A DNA stretch of 63,939 nt, the filler included, from Sanchytrium tribonematis (Eukaryota), in assembly GCA_018985235.1 (NCBI GenBank). It is 21 parts of 21 records of this genome, joined end to end, with 100 filler letters (N's around TTAATTAATTAA, not from the genome) between each part and the next. Parts side by side here need not be neighbours in the genome. Positions count along the whole stretch, not along the records: positions 33,058 to 50,091 come from JADGIG010000126.1; positions 50,192 to 51,640 come from JADGIG010001278.1; positions 51,741 to 53,187 come from JADGIG010001279.1; 18 more parts are not named here. One strand, 5' to 3'. Of the stretch, positions 43,255 to 53,287 are shown one piece after another (the stretch's first letter is position 1; each line of letters opens with the position of its first letter). A program made the translations under genes and the position numbers. The notes below the pieces were generated by a model. It was given only the letters and a program-made list of their open reading frames with translations. It was not told the DNA's origin and made no database searches.

Positions 43255-43418
43255 GGGAAGTACTGTCATCTCTCTTACGTAGCAATTTGGGGGATCATGT
43301 GGTCGTACAATTACTCTCCTGAATAGCAATTAAGCCAGATGATTGGCTATTTTATATTGAAACAGTCTGATCTGTGCGTATCTATTTTTCGATTTGTGGG
43401 GTATCGCACATGTTGATC
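43223..43418 (-). repeat. Promoter/5'UTR/signal-peptide cassette, copy C
   Basis: See copy A. Similarity ends within the right hairpin arm (GATC). Confidence 0.93.
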
Positions 43419-43458
43419 TTTGAATAAACAATCAGTCAATATTAAAATTAATATTAAT

Positions 43459-44160
43459 TTATTCGCTGATTGCCTCTTGAGTCAATTTTGGAGGATAGTA
43501 TGCTCTTACTTCAGCAGTATTGAAATACTGAGTTGCAAATTTGTCCTTGAAATCGGGGTTGAGACCATTGAGGATCCTCTCAGAAATTGTATATTCATTC
43601 ATTCTGGCAAGTTTATCAATGGCATTAATTTGTTCTTCATAAGATTGAGGTCTTTCTACGAAAAAGACCCTTGCAAAATCCTTTAATAATGATTTGATTT
43701 GAATTGGAAGATTTCGAAAATGTTCAAACATCTCTATCATTACTTTAAAATAAACTTCATTTTGAGTAAATTCGGCATCAAATCTACCAAACGCATACAC
43801 GATACTAGCACAGATTCTGGGATCCCTTGCATAAATTGAACAGTAATATAATGCATTTACAGCCCATGCTTTATCGTTTTGCATCGCAAATTCTAAGTTG
43901 AAAGTAGAAATTTCAAATGATTTCTTGTAGTACTTTTTCATCGATTCAAAATTTGTTAGATCACGTGTGGCCATGTTGAACAGCATCTTACTGTTTTCAT
44001 CCTTTTCTTTAGAGAAACTTTTATCTGCATCTTCCCATTGCGAATTTGATGGTGCTAACCATCCTTCTCTAGGATGCACTAATTCATCAGTTGTACCTGG
44101 AAACTTTTCTTCCTCGGCTCTTTTAAACAATCCAAATACTGCTAGTAATGCGATCAACAT
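43459..44160 (-). CDS. Secreted helical family protein D
   Basis: MLIALLAVFG-LFKR-AEEE. Family motifs KAWAVNALYY, TQNEVYFKVM and DFARVFFVERP. Confidence 0.85.
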   Translation of the reverse strand: MLIALLAVFGLFKRAEEEKFPGTTDELVHPREGWLAPSNSQWEDADKSFSKEKDENSKMLFNMATRDLTNFESMKKYYKKSFEISTFNLEFAMQNDKAWAVNALYYCSIYARDPRICASIVYAFGRFDAEFTQNEVYFKVMIEMFEHFRNLPIQIKSLLKDFARVFFVERPQSYEEQINAIDKLARMNEYTISERILNGLNPDFKDKFATQYFNTAEVRAYYPPKLTQEAISE

Positions 44161-44330
44161 GGGGAAGTAACGTCATCTCGCTTAAATACAAATTTGGGGG
44201 GTCATGTGGTCATACAATTACTCTCCTATTTCGCAATTAAGCAAGATGATTGGCTATTTTATATTGAAACAATGTGATCTGTGCGTATCTATTTTTCGAT
44301 TTGTGGGGTATCGCACATGTTGATCACAAT
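44129..44330 (-). repeat. Promoter/5'UTR/signal-peptide cassette, copy D
   Basis: See copy A. Similarity ends at GATCACAAT, the right hairpin arm. Confidence 0.93.
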
Positions 44331-44366
44331 ATCCACTGTCATTTTCAATCAATTTGCAATCATTTA

Positions 44367-45260
44367 TTAAAGACTAGACACAATTTGATCCCCAACGAGT
44401 GAAAATGTGTAATATCCGGGTGATTGATTACTAAATCCAATTCCAGTGCCATAAATCACAAATTGATCAAATCGATACTCAAAATCCTTTGTTTTTGACC
44501 ATTGGATGGGTTGGTTTTGATAAATAGTGTGTGGGAACCCATTAGATTCGAATCCAGCAGCCATAATAATCACATCAGATGCTACAAATTGGAAATCAGT
44601 CAATTTGGTGTATTTGTGAATAATGGTGAACGAAATACACATGGCTTTACGTAGATTTCTTTGGATCCATTCTGATGTGGCACCATCACCAACAATGTAC
44701 ATACGATGGCATAATTGAAGATTTTCAACTAATTTTGGATAATTTAATGCTTCGTACATATTTAAGACGGTTGCATTGCCAATGCGTGCTTTTAATTCAT
44801 TTGAGATGGGTCTGGGATGTCCACCACTTGCCATGAATACCTTGCTGCATTTATATTTATGATTTAAGATATATTGGTCTTTTTTGATGATTTGCATTTC
44901 TGAAATGTGTGCTTTTATTTTTGAGAATTTACGGGATTTGGACATGTAATCATGCATTTCCAATGTCATATTGACTAAATGACCTAGTGATGGTAACCCA
45001 TAGTCATTCATGATGCGATCATACGCATGAATCATATTTGGCTTTAATTTCAATTTTTGACCGTATAATCCATAATAATAATTGGCTGCATTGCTGCTAT
45101 ACGATTTGAATTTGGATATTTCACCACCTTGAAATTTAGAATCAAATAAATACATGCTGGATTTTGGATATTTTTGAGTCAATTGCCACGCCAAAGTCGT
45201 CCCAGATGGACCAGCACCAACAACGCATAATGTAGATGTGATAACAGCAATCAACAACAT
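44367..45260 (-). CDS. FAD/NAD-binding oxidoreductase-like protein
   Basis: VVGAGPSG Rossmann motif, MASGGHP and a second IVGDGAT motif. Confidence 0.75.
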   Translation of the reverse strand: MLLIAVITSTLCVVGAGPSGTTLAWQLTQKYPKSSMYLFDSKFQGGEISKFKSYSSNAANYYYGLYGQKLKLKPNMIHAYDRIMNDYGLPSLGHLVNMTLEMHDYMSKSRKFSKIKAHISEMQIIKKDQYILNHKYKCSKVFMASGGHPRPISNELKARIGNATVLNMYEALNYPKLVENLQLCHRMYIVGDGATSEWIQRNLRKAMCISFTIIHKYTKLTDFQFVASDVIIMAAGFESNGFPHTIYQNQPIQWSKTKDFEYRFDQFVIYGTGIGFSNQSPGYYTFSLVGDQIVSSL

Positions 45261-45374
45261 TTAATCAATTAGCAGATTAACAACATTCTTATTAAATAGA
45301 AGTATATGTCGTCATTTTAAAGCCACAAAATGCCATGGCGTCATTTTTGGCAATTGTTAAATTTTGCCATTTAT

Positions 45375-46046
45375 TTATTTAAAAATGGGCTGTCTACACA
45401 TGGGACATGAATAATCACCGTCACGAGTCAAACACCATTCTTTTAAACATGCTTTATGGAATTCATGCTTGCAATTTGTCCGTATAGCGACAGATTCATC
45501 ACCCCACTCATAATTTTCAAAACAAATGCAACATGGTTCTTTCATTGCCAGTATCTCATAATCATGTCCAATAGTAAAATATCCGTCTATATCTGATGAT
45601 TCATCTACCATTTGCCAATAATCTACAATTGGGTATGAAATTATAATACTATCCAAATCTAAAGATGCTTCACTTTGATTTTTAGAGGCGTAATAGCGAG
45701 TCATCAAGTAAATCGCACATAGTATGAAATTTAACGAGAATACACTACCAATAATGATGATGACAAGTGGATTGTAGACATAACAGGACCAAGTTACAAT
45801 CAAACCCAATAAATTCAAAAACATGAAAATATGACATTTCTTGTATTTGTGCCATGCTCTACTCAATTCATACAAATCTACTTCTTCAGCAAATATTCGA
45901 AAGTAGTAAATAAACAAAAACCATGCGAAAAAGGACCCCATTCCAATGCCCATAAACATTAATGTCGTATACGCTGTTGCCGTATAGCTTAATACTGTCA
46001 ATATTATAATAAATATCAATCCCACGATATTGCGAACAGATAGCAT
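45375..46046 (-). CDS. Membrane-anchored RING-H2 E3 ligase
   Basis: Four TMs, then CCICFE...CKHEFHKACL.EW...CPMCR. Confidence 0.88.
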   Translation of the reverse strand: MLSVRNIVGLIFIIILTVLSYTATAYTTLMFMGIGMGSFFAWFLFIYYFRIFAEEVDLYELSRAWHKYKKCHIFMFLNLLGLIVTWSCYVYNPLVIIIIGSVFSLNFILCAIYLMTRYYASKNQSEASLDLDSIIISYPIVDYWQMVDESSDIDGYFTIGHDYEILAMKEPCCICFENYEWGDESVAIRTNCKHEFHKACLKEWCLTRDGDYSCPMCRQPIFK

Positions 46047-46269
46047 GCACTAGATTGGAGCAGTGATGGCTTATTTAATCAAATATTGACCAATTGGAAA
46101 ATATCCAATCGGAATAAAGTTTGCAACATGCGCATCTCCCTGAAAAATCAGATGGTATCTGCATTCTCTAGAGTATTCTTTAAATGCAATAATGGATATT
46201 GGTATGCAAGATGCAATATTCTGAATTATTTTGAATATCATTCATAAATTGATTTACTTTGTCAAAGAA

Positions 46270-46545
46270 ATGCCAAAGTCTCGACCATCTGGCAGACCCA
46301 AAAAAATTCATGAAAAAGAAATTGAATCAGACCAGCTCAAGAAGCTGAGAGAAATTACAACCAAATCCACTTCTTTAGTTGAAAAAGGTTCACAGCTCGC
46401 AACAGAAAATATAGATGAATTTAAAGAACCAGTAACTAGAAAGAATGTACCCAAAGTGACTAGAAAAGCTGGTGAGAAACTTGTAAAGCCTTTACAAGTT
46501 AGTAAAGGAAGGCGCATCCTCAATTCATATTCAAAATATTACTAA
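46270..46545 (+). CDS. Small basic protein with AT-hook-like GRPKK
   Basis: MPKSRPSGRPKK; otherwise unrecognised. Confidence 0.4.
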   Translation: MPKSRPSGRPKKIHEKEIESDQLKKLREITTKSTSLVEKGSQLATENIDEFKEPVTRKNVPKVTRKAGEKLVKPLQVSKGRRILNSYSKYY

Positions 46546-46681
46546 TTTGGTCAAAGACAAAAACGATTAAATAAAATTAGTAAAGCAATCGTCTTCATGA
46601 GCAACTTCTGACGTCTCCCAATCATTTTTTTGACGACACGACGCCCCTCATATATAATCTATCCCTCATCAATCACTTTGA

Positions 46682-46939
46682 ATGAGAGATTTGTGTCATT
46701 TATATCTGTTTGATAGTGAATACGAAAATGAGACTATAATACGATTGGTAGATGAAGAAGCAAGTCGCATTGAAATGAGAATTAAAAAGCGCAATGAAAG
46801 GAAAAAAAGAAGAAGGAAAATTTGGGATGAAAAGATGAAAGAGAATTGTATCCAAACATTAAAAAAAGCTGCCAATTTAAGACGAAAAAACGAAATTAAA
46901 TTAGCAAGACTCTTTAAATTGTTGGAAAAATACAAATAA
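46682..46939 (+). CDS. Small basic coiled-coil protein
   Basis: 85-aa K/R/E-rich ORF ending in AAATAAA. Confidence 0.45.
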   Translation: MRDLCHLYLFDSEYENETIIRLVDEEASRIEMRIKKRNERKKRRRKIWDEKMKENCIQTLKKAANLRRKNEIKLARLFKLLEKYK

Positions 46940-46941
46940 AT

Positions 46942-47277
46942 TTACTCTATACCACTTACAATCTCTACAATATCGTCATTTCTGTTTAGAACTGCATTTT
47001 CAGAATATTCATTTCGAGATTCTTCAAGAAATGCATTTAATGGAATGGGTGTTTCTGATCTTCTCATTCGATGTCGTAGCAAATTAATATTACGCTGCTT
47101 ATCCATATCTGCTTTGTGGTTAAAATATACACACAGTGCACCAAATGAGACACATCCACTCGCAATCATAATGGTCAATAATGGATTTCTGTAGATTTGT
47201 GACCAAATTAATGTGAATATCGTCATGGAAATCAGTAGAATTACTAATCTGACTTGTTTGGCACTAGGCAATTTCAT
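46942..47277 (-). CDS. Small two-TM membrane protein
   Basis: Two hydrophobic segments and a polar tail. Confidence 0.55.
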   Translation of the reverse strand: MKLPSAKQVRLVILLISMTIFTLIWSQIYRNPLLTIMIASGCVSFGALCVYFNHKADMDKQRNINLLRHRMRRSETPIPLNAFLEESRNEYSENAVLNRNDDIVEIVSGIE

Positions 47278-47364
47278 CCTATCTCAATTGCAACCAAGAT
47301 TAAAATGGAACATAAAATCAAGTTGAGCCAATCAAAGTGACCCAATCAAATTTGTATTAATTTA

Positions 47365-47754
47365 CTAGGTATATAGCTTATAAATCACAGCAGATGCAAA
47401 TAATACAAATGCAGGTACCCAAATCTTTAATGGATTCATGACTGGTGCTTCTAATTTAGGCTCTGTTTTATATAATTCTTTTGTAGGGCTTTTCGCATCT
47501 CTCAAATCCATCATTGAATCCACTTTTTGAAATTTAATATAATTGTTGTAAACACCATTCTCTAATTTCATCGGATATGACTCACTGCATTTCCATTCTC
47601 CATCTACAACAAATTTAAATTCAAAATCTTCCCCATCAATTTCGATCTCAAATATCATTTCATTTTGATTCATTTTTAGTCCTTCTTTCCAATTATTAAA
47701 TGATCCAAATATCTCTACTTGATCAGCCTTGGATTCATATGTAATACGGACCAT
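47365..47754 (-). CDS. AMPK-beta-type glycogen-binding (CBM48-like) domain with C-terminal TM
   Basis: V.IFGSFNNW...FKFVVDGEW...GVYNN.I and a tail anchor IWVPAFVLFASAVIY. Confidence 0.8.
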   Translation of the reverse strand: MVRITYESKADQVEIFGSFNNWKEGLKMNQNEMIFEIEIDGEDFEFKFVVDGEWKCSESYPMKLENGVYNNYIKFQKVDSMMDLRDAKSPTKELYKTEPKLEAPVMNPLKIWVPAFVLFASAVIYKLYT

Positions 47755-47835
47755 ATCAAATCTCAAAACAATTGAAAATGGCACTTTGAAAAGTGTTTCC
47801 GCCAATCATATCTTGAAACAAATCACCTATATTTA

Positions 47836-49080
47836 TTAATCTTCAAATTTTGGAGTTTCAGCTTGCTTCTTAGCGGTTGTCTTCAAGTTCCTACCATTTC
47901 CTGTCACTTGAATATGTTCTATTTCTTCTGTTTGTGCGTTATATCTTTCTATATTTCGACAAATGATTGTTTCTGTCCATTGATAATATCCGCCACCATA
48001 GCCAGGTCCATAGCCAGGATATGGGTAACCAGGATAGTATCCCGGATAGCCAGGGTAATAGCCAGGGTAGCCAGGTGCATAATATCCAGTATGCGTTACC
48101 TCATATTTCAATAATCGACTTAAAGCTAGTTCCGTCTGCTGATCAGAACCCACTTTTAGCAATTTGATCTTATTTTCTTGAGAAGGCTCAACATTCAACT
48201 GTAAGTCATATCCCTCAGGATTATCGTGTTTTACGACTTGAGCATAAAGATTGAATGATCTCCCGATTTCAACTGGATCTCCGTTGTTGATACTGAATGC
48301 CTGCCAATTGGTGTTGTAACGGCTTCCTTGACATTCAATTGTTAATGGAATATCAGGTAGCTGGTCACCAGGTCTATAGCGAGTGCAATAAAATTGGCGA
48401 TTAGGATATTCAATCATGGCGAAATCAAATTGCCATTTGCCCCAAACATATTCGCCATACGCGACTTCTTTTGTTTCTTCTTCACCCACTTGGATCCCCA
48501 CTTGGATTCCCAATCTAAGTCCATTTTGAACATATTTTAGAGTTCTTTTGCCTTCATTGAAATCAATCACTTTGTCTTCGTTTAATTGCAATGAAATGGG
48601 AGCCTTGATAGATCTGATACCATTTTTGACTCTATCAATACATGTGAATTGTCTTTCAGGAACATCATAAGTTTTTTTAATGCGATCACCACTGCCACAT
48701 AATATTTGAAAAGTTTCTCTGTTTGTAGAATCTGTTGTAAAAACAAAGTCTTCTTTCAATGAAAATTGAATGCCATTGTTTCCGACATCAGTCTGAGTCA
48801 ACTTGTATGAAAAAGTACCCAAATTCGTCCATCCTCTTGACGTATACACTTTTAAAACTGGTGTTTTTTTAACAGATTTAATAGCAAATCTGATTTTCAA
48901 TTCCCATTTTTGTCTTTTCAATTTGAATACGCTATCTTTGCCATCTATAAATGGTTGAATAATAGTATATTCATTCTCATTATTAAGTGATTTGACATTA
49001 CACGTCGTTTCAAAGCTTCCAACTGGATATGCGCCACAAATGCCTCCTGAACAAACAGCCAATACAAGTGAATAAAACAT
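47836..49080 (-). CDS. Secreted protein with Gly/Tyr/Pro repeat insert
   Basis: Signal MFYSLVLA and GY(Y)P repeats at about 47985-48085. Paralogue of 49219-50091. Confidence 0.8.
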   Translation of the reverse strand: MFYSLVLAVCSGGICGAYPVGSFETTCNVKSLNNENEYTIIQPFIDGKDSVFKLKRQKWELKIRFAIKSVKKTPVLKVYTSRGWTNLGTFSYKLTQTDVGNNGIQFSLKEDFVFTTDSTNRETFQILCGSGDRIKKTYDVPERQFTCIDRVKNGIRSIKAPISLQLNEDKVIDFNEGKRTLKYVQNGLRLGIQVGIQVGEEETKEVAYGEYVWGKWQFDFAMIEYPNRQFYCTRYRPGDQLPDIPLTIECQGSRYNTNWQAFSINNGDPVEIGRSFNLYAQVVKHDNPEGYDLQLNVEPSQENKIKLLKVGSDQQTELALSRLLKYEVTHTGYYAPGYPGYYPGYPGYYPGYPYPGYGPGYGGGYYQWTETIICRNIERYNAQTEEIEHIQVTGNGRNLKTTAKKQAETPKFED

Positions 49081-49218
49081 GATGTATTTAGATAGTTTGG
49101 TTTATAAATGATAAAATGATGCCATGGATGATGAATTTCAAGTCACGATGCGTTGAAAATGATGGTTTCATGTCGCAATATGGCAAAATGATGATGTCAT
49201 GTTAACTTGATCATTTAT

Positions 49219-50091
49219 TTAGATATTTTTACAAATCAATTGATACATGGGATGGGTTTTTGGTGTATATCTCAGTGTTTCATATAAAACCAATTTGTTA
49301 TCCACAACTTCAAGTGGATATTGGTTCTCATAATATGGTTCATCTAATAGTTGCAATGCGTACATCCCATTCATTTTGGTCACTCTTGCATATATTTCAA
49401 TAAATCCCTCTAAATTCACCACATTTCCATGATGAATTTTGAATTTCCTGTAAATTGGATGTAAATTATTGTGACATTCAATATTTAATGGCAAATCTGG
49501 CAATTCATCACCAGATGTGTATTTCTCACATGTCAATTGACCATCGCCATAATCAAGTGTGGCAATTTCAAATTGCCAATGATTCCATATCAATTTGCCA
49601 TATTGGATCGTCTTGACGCCATTTGCGCCCAATTCTAATCCCAATTCATTCCCATTTCTCACATATTTAATGGTTTTAATCCCACTTTTGAATTCAATTG
49701 ATGCTTCATTTTCAAGCGTGATAGGTGCTTTAATTTCACGCAATCCATTATTTAGTTTATCAAAACATGTCAACATTTGTGATTCTGGAATTGGATATTC
49801 TTTAGATAACTCACTACCACATTTAATCGTATATTTCCCACTTAAATAATTCCCATCCATGGCAATTGTATCAAAATCCAACGAATCCCTAATAAATCGA
49901 ATGTCTTTACCATTTCCCTCTTTTTTCAATTCAAATACTCCATTCCCCAATTGCTGACTTCCAATCCATGCAGATATCTTTAAAAATGGCAATTTCTTGC
50001 AATATTTTAATCCAAATTTGATATTTAATGGATACTCATCTAAATAAGAATCTATTTTAATTAAATCATCTTTTCCATTTATATTTGGGTG
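49219..50091 (-). CDS. Paralogue of the 47836 protein, 5'-partial
   Basis: Shares I.CGS, TC.D...NG.R.IKAPI.L, YG...W..WQF and GD.LPD.PL.IEC. Open to the contig end. Confidence 0.8.
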   Translation of the reverse strand, partial: HPNINGKDDLIKIDSYLDEYPLNIKFGLKYCKKLPFLKISAWIGSQQLGNGVFELKKEGNGKDIRFIRDSLDFDTIAMDGNYLSGKYTIKCGSELSKEYPIPESQMLTCFDKLNNGLREIKAPITLENEASIEFKSGIKTIKYVRNGNELGLELGANGVKTIQYGKLIWNHWQFEIATLDYGDGQLTCEKYTSGDELPDLPLNIECHNNLHPIYRKFKIHHGNVVNLEGFIEIYARVTKMNGMYALQLLDEPYYENQYPLEVVDNKLVLYETLRYTPKTHPMYQLICKNI

Positions 50092-50363
50092 NNNNNNNNN
50101 NNNNNNNNNNNNNNNNNNNNNNNNNNNNNNNNNNNTTAATTAATTAANNNNNNNNNNNNNNNNNNNNNNNNNNNNNNNNNNNNNNNNNNNNATTCATCAA
50201 TTTTTATTGGTGCAATGTAAAATGGATAAATGAGAAATACGGTACTACCCGTTTTTAATTGGTTGACTCAAATTAAATAAATTGAAAAATACTGTTCTGC
50301 ACGATATTTTTCTGTGCTGTTTAACAGATTTGGACATAAAAGAAAGACAAGCCCCACTTAACA

Positions 50364-51125
50364 ATGATCTTTACAATCCAGATTGCAGCACTTCCTCAAG
50401 AACCACTTCCATATTTGCCAACTCAATTGGCAGATGGCTTCAGTGGCGTATTAGCCACATCTGACGAGCTTCAAGCAGATGACAAACATCCCTATACGAC
50501 ATATAGAATGACACACGGTGATTCAATTTGTCAAGCTGATCTATCTTCAGATACAGATATTTACGCATTTATCACTTGCACCACCACCCCAGCAGTCTCC
50601 ATTGACAAAGCAATCTCAAGAGTTGTTACTGGTGACTTGCCATCACACGATGAAAAGAATATCTTTGGCCAAAAGTACACTGCTTATGATTTCCATCAAT
50701 ATTCACTTGATTTTTATCAAAATGATCTTTGCGTTGTTAGTAAAGAAGGCGGCCTGGCATGTGGTACTCAATCAAAATTGGGATATTACGAGTATAAGCT
50801 TGATCAAATGAAACAGCCAAAAGATGTTACAGATATCAGATTATCTCAAGATCCAAAATATTCTTTCATGTGCTTGAGAAATTGGAATGGAGAAGTGTGG
50901 TGTCGTCAATATGACATGGATAAAGATGCAGAATGGCATCGGATTGAGCAATTTAAAGACAGAGAAGAAAGCAATTTTGTCGACTCGATTCAAATTGTCG
51001 GATCTTCTATTTGTGCACATTTTCAAGATGTTACTGAAATTTCAACATATCAATGCATTGAAATTGGATCTACTTTTGATGAAGATGCAGTTGGGGGACA
51101 GACAATGAAGCCCCATACTTTATAA
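50364..51125 (+). CDS. Putative secreted beta-propeller-like (tectonin-like) protein
   Basis: Repeated C-x7-9-C blades (LCVVSKEGGLAC, MCLRNWNGEVWC) and a short signal. The fold call is tentative. Confidence 0.55.
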   Translation: MIFTIQIAALPQEPLPYLPTQLADGFSGVLATSDELQADDKHPYTTYRMTHGDSICQADLSSDTDIYAFITCTTTPAVSIDKAISRVVTGDLPSHDEKNIFGQKYTAYDFHQYSLDFYQNDLCVVSKEGGLACGTQSKLGYYEYKLDQMKQPKDVTDIRLSQDPKYSFMCLRNWNGEVWCRQYDMDKDAEWHRIEQFKDREESNFVDSIQIVGSSICAHFQDVTEISTYQCIEIGSTFDEDAVGGQTMKPHTL

Positions 51126-51231
51126 GTAAACAATTTATGATTTTATTTTGAAACACGATACCCAATCTGAGTACAAAGGGGTATTTGTGAAATGAGTGAT
51201 TAAAAATAGAGAAGGGGTGATTTCAAACCCA

Positions 51232-51640
51232 ATGTTGCTTCATTCAACATCAAATGCAAGAAATCTAATACGCATCATCAAATTAAACCCATTCAAAATT
51301 GCCATTGTGATATTTGCAATCATATCCATTTATATCCAAATATTGCCACTATATCACTTCAAATACAATACCATGCACTTGAATAACTATCCACAAGTCT
51401 ATCAATCATCAGATTATTCATTTGAATTGACCAATAAAGTGATCTACACGAGTGTAAAATCAAAAATATCTACAAATTTCGATCAATTCGCTCAAAAATC
51501 ATTTATATCCACTTTACAATACACTGATTATGAACTAGTCATCTTCAATGACACAGATTGTGCACAATTAATCAAATTTCATTATCCAAAATATTTGCAA
51601 ATGTTCAACACATTCAAATTTGGAGTCATGAAATCCGATT
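51232..51640 (+). CDS. Glycosyltransferase family 32 (Och1-like), 3'-partial
   Basis: Type II TM, then Y....FNDTDC...I...YP.....F......V.KSD. Confidence 0.7.
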
Positions 51641-51740
51641 NNNNNNNNNNNNNNNNNNNNNNNNNNNNNNNNNNNNNNNNNNNNTTAATTAATTAANNNN
51701 NNNNNNNNNNNNNNNNNNNNNNNNNNNNNNNNNNNNNNNN

Positions 51741-52555
51741 CAGACCAATTTAAACAAATCTCTGAAGCATTTGAAGTATTAAGTGATCCAGAAAAAAGAA
51801 AGACGTATGATCGATTTGGAGTAGATGGATTAAAGAATGGCGGTGGATTTAAATTTCATGATGCCAATGATATCTTTTCAAGCGTGTTTGGCCAATTTGC
51901 AAATATGCATGGGATGGGTGGTATGGGCAATAATTTCCATTCTCAATCTTTTGGATTCGGTGGATTTGAAGAAGAAGATCCATTTAGTCGATTCCAGCCA
52001 CGACAATCCAAACCAAAACCAAAACAACATGAAATTCAAATCTCTTTAGAAGATATGTATTCTGGAGTAGTCAAGAAATTCAATATTACACGGTCCACTA
52101 TTGCCAATTATGGTCAAAGAATGGAGTCTAAAGTGCCTATAGAAGTAGAAATTAAACCTGGATATAAAGAAATGACTAAATTGACATTTCATGGTAAAGG
52201 AGATGAAATTCGCCCAAATTTGTTTCAAGATGTTCAATTTATCATTAAACAAATTCCTCATCCGATATTCACTAGAATTGACAATGATCTCAAGGTGGTT
52301 GTGACAGTGAGTTTAAAAGAAGCATTATGTGGTTTTGAGCATATTATTACGACTTTAAATGGCAAGAAATTGAGAATATCGACTTTGGATAATTTAATGG
52401 TAATTCAAACTGGCCAACAAGTGAGATATTCAGGATATGGGATGCCTAGTAGTAAATATGCAGGGCAATATGGTGATTTAATAGTAGAATTTAAAGTGAA
52501 TGTGCCCAGCCATTTAACAAGAGAGCAACGGGATTCTATTGCCATGATTTTGTAA
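51741..52555 (+). CDS. Type II DnaJ/Hsp40 (Sis1/DNAJB-like), 5'-partial
   Basis: J-domain end [24 protein letters not shown], a G/F region, [18 protein letters not shown] and GDLIV.F.V. Confidence 0.92.
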
Positions 52556-52565
52556 TAAAAACTTT

Positions 52566-52961
52566 TTATTTTTTGGTAATTGATAGTGAACTGAATTTAT
52601 AGCAGCCTTCAATAGTAGTGAGCAATCGTTCTAGCACTTCTTTGTGTGAGTAGGGATTACCCGGTGATTCCAGTCTGTATTGAGTTGTTGTAAAGCACTT
52701 CTCTTGCATGAATGTGATATCATCGTTCCAATCTAATTGGTCTGAAAAATGTTCCTTCAGTTCGACCCATTTGACTTGTTTGGTAATCGGACTATTACCC
52801 CATGGATGTTGCACCGATGTCCATATTTTATCTGATAATTTCGTGGCAAAAGGCTTTTTCTCAGTGAATATTGTGTTGGTGGTAAATTTCACAGAAGATT
52901 TTTGGTAAATTCGGAAATTGAAGGCAGAAGCAGCAAATGCATTCAAGATAATGATCATCAT
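52566..52961 (-). CDS. Putative secreted hypothetical protein
   Basis: Short signal MMIIILNAFAA; 131 aa. Confidence 0.55.
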   Translation of the reverse strand: MMIIILNAFAASAFNFRIYQKSSVKFTTNTIFTEKKPFATKLSDKIWTSVQHPWGNSPITKQVKWVELKEHFSDQLDWNDDITFMQEKCFTTTQYRLESPGNPYSHKEVLERLLTTIEGCYKFSSLSITKK

Positions 52962-53287
52962 TTTCAATTTAGCGGCATGCTACTTTTATAAAGCCGTGCA
53001 AACATTTAATTGATTTTTATCAAATAGAATCAATCTAATTTGCTTGACCGACAAGCAAGAAGCCAATGAATGTTGGTAGATTCCTTGCACTTTTTTTGTT
53101 ATTAAATTTAGTTAAAAATGGATATAATTTATTCAAACAAATGTATTTGCCATGGAACTCTTTTGACTTTGTTTGCCTTTTTTAATANNNNNNNNNNNNN
53201 NNNNNNNNNNNNNNNNNNNNNNNNNNNNNNNTTAATTAATTAANNNNNNNNNNNNNNNNNNNNNNNNNNNNNNNNNNNNNNNNNNNN

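Noticed and set aside
39598..44330. Integron/attC or CRISPR interpretation of the cassette array
   Set aside because: There are no RYYYAAC/GTTRRRY cores and no integrase or cas gene. The repeat includes coding signal-peptide sequence, and the context is eukaryotic.
46498..46556. Intron with TACTAAT branch point linking ORFs 46270 and 46682
   Set aside because: Both candidate donors lead to a stop within a few codons and do not join the ORFs.
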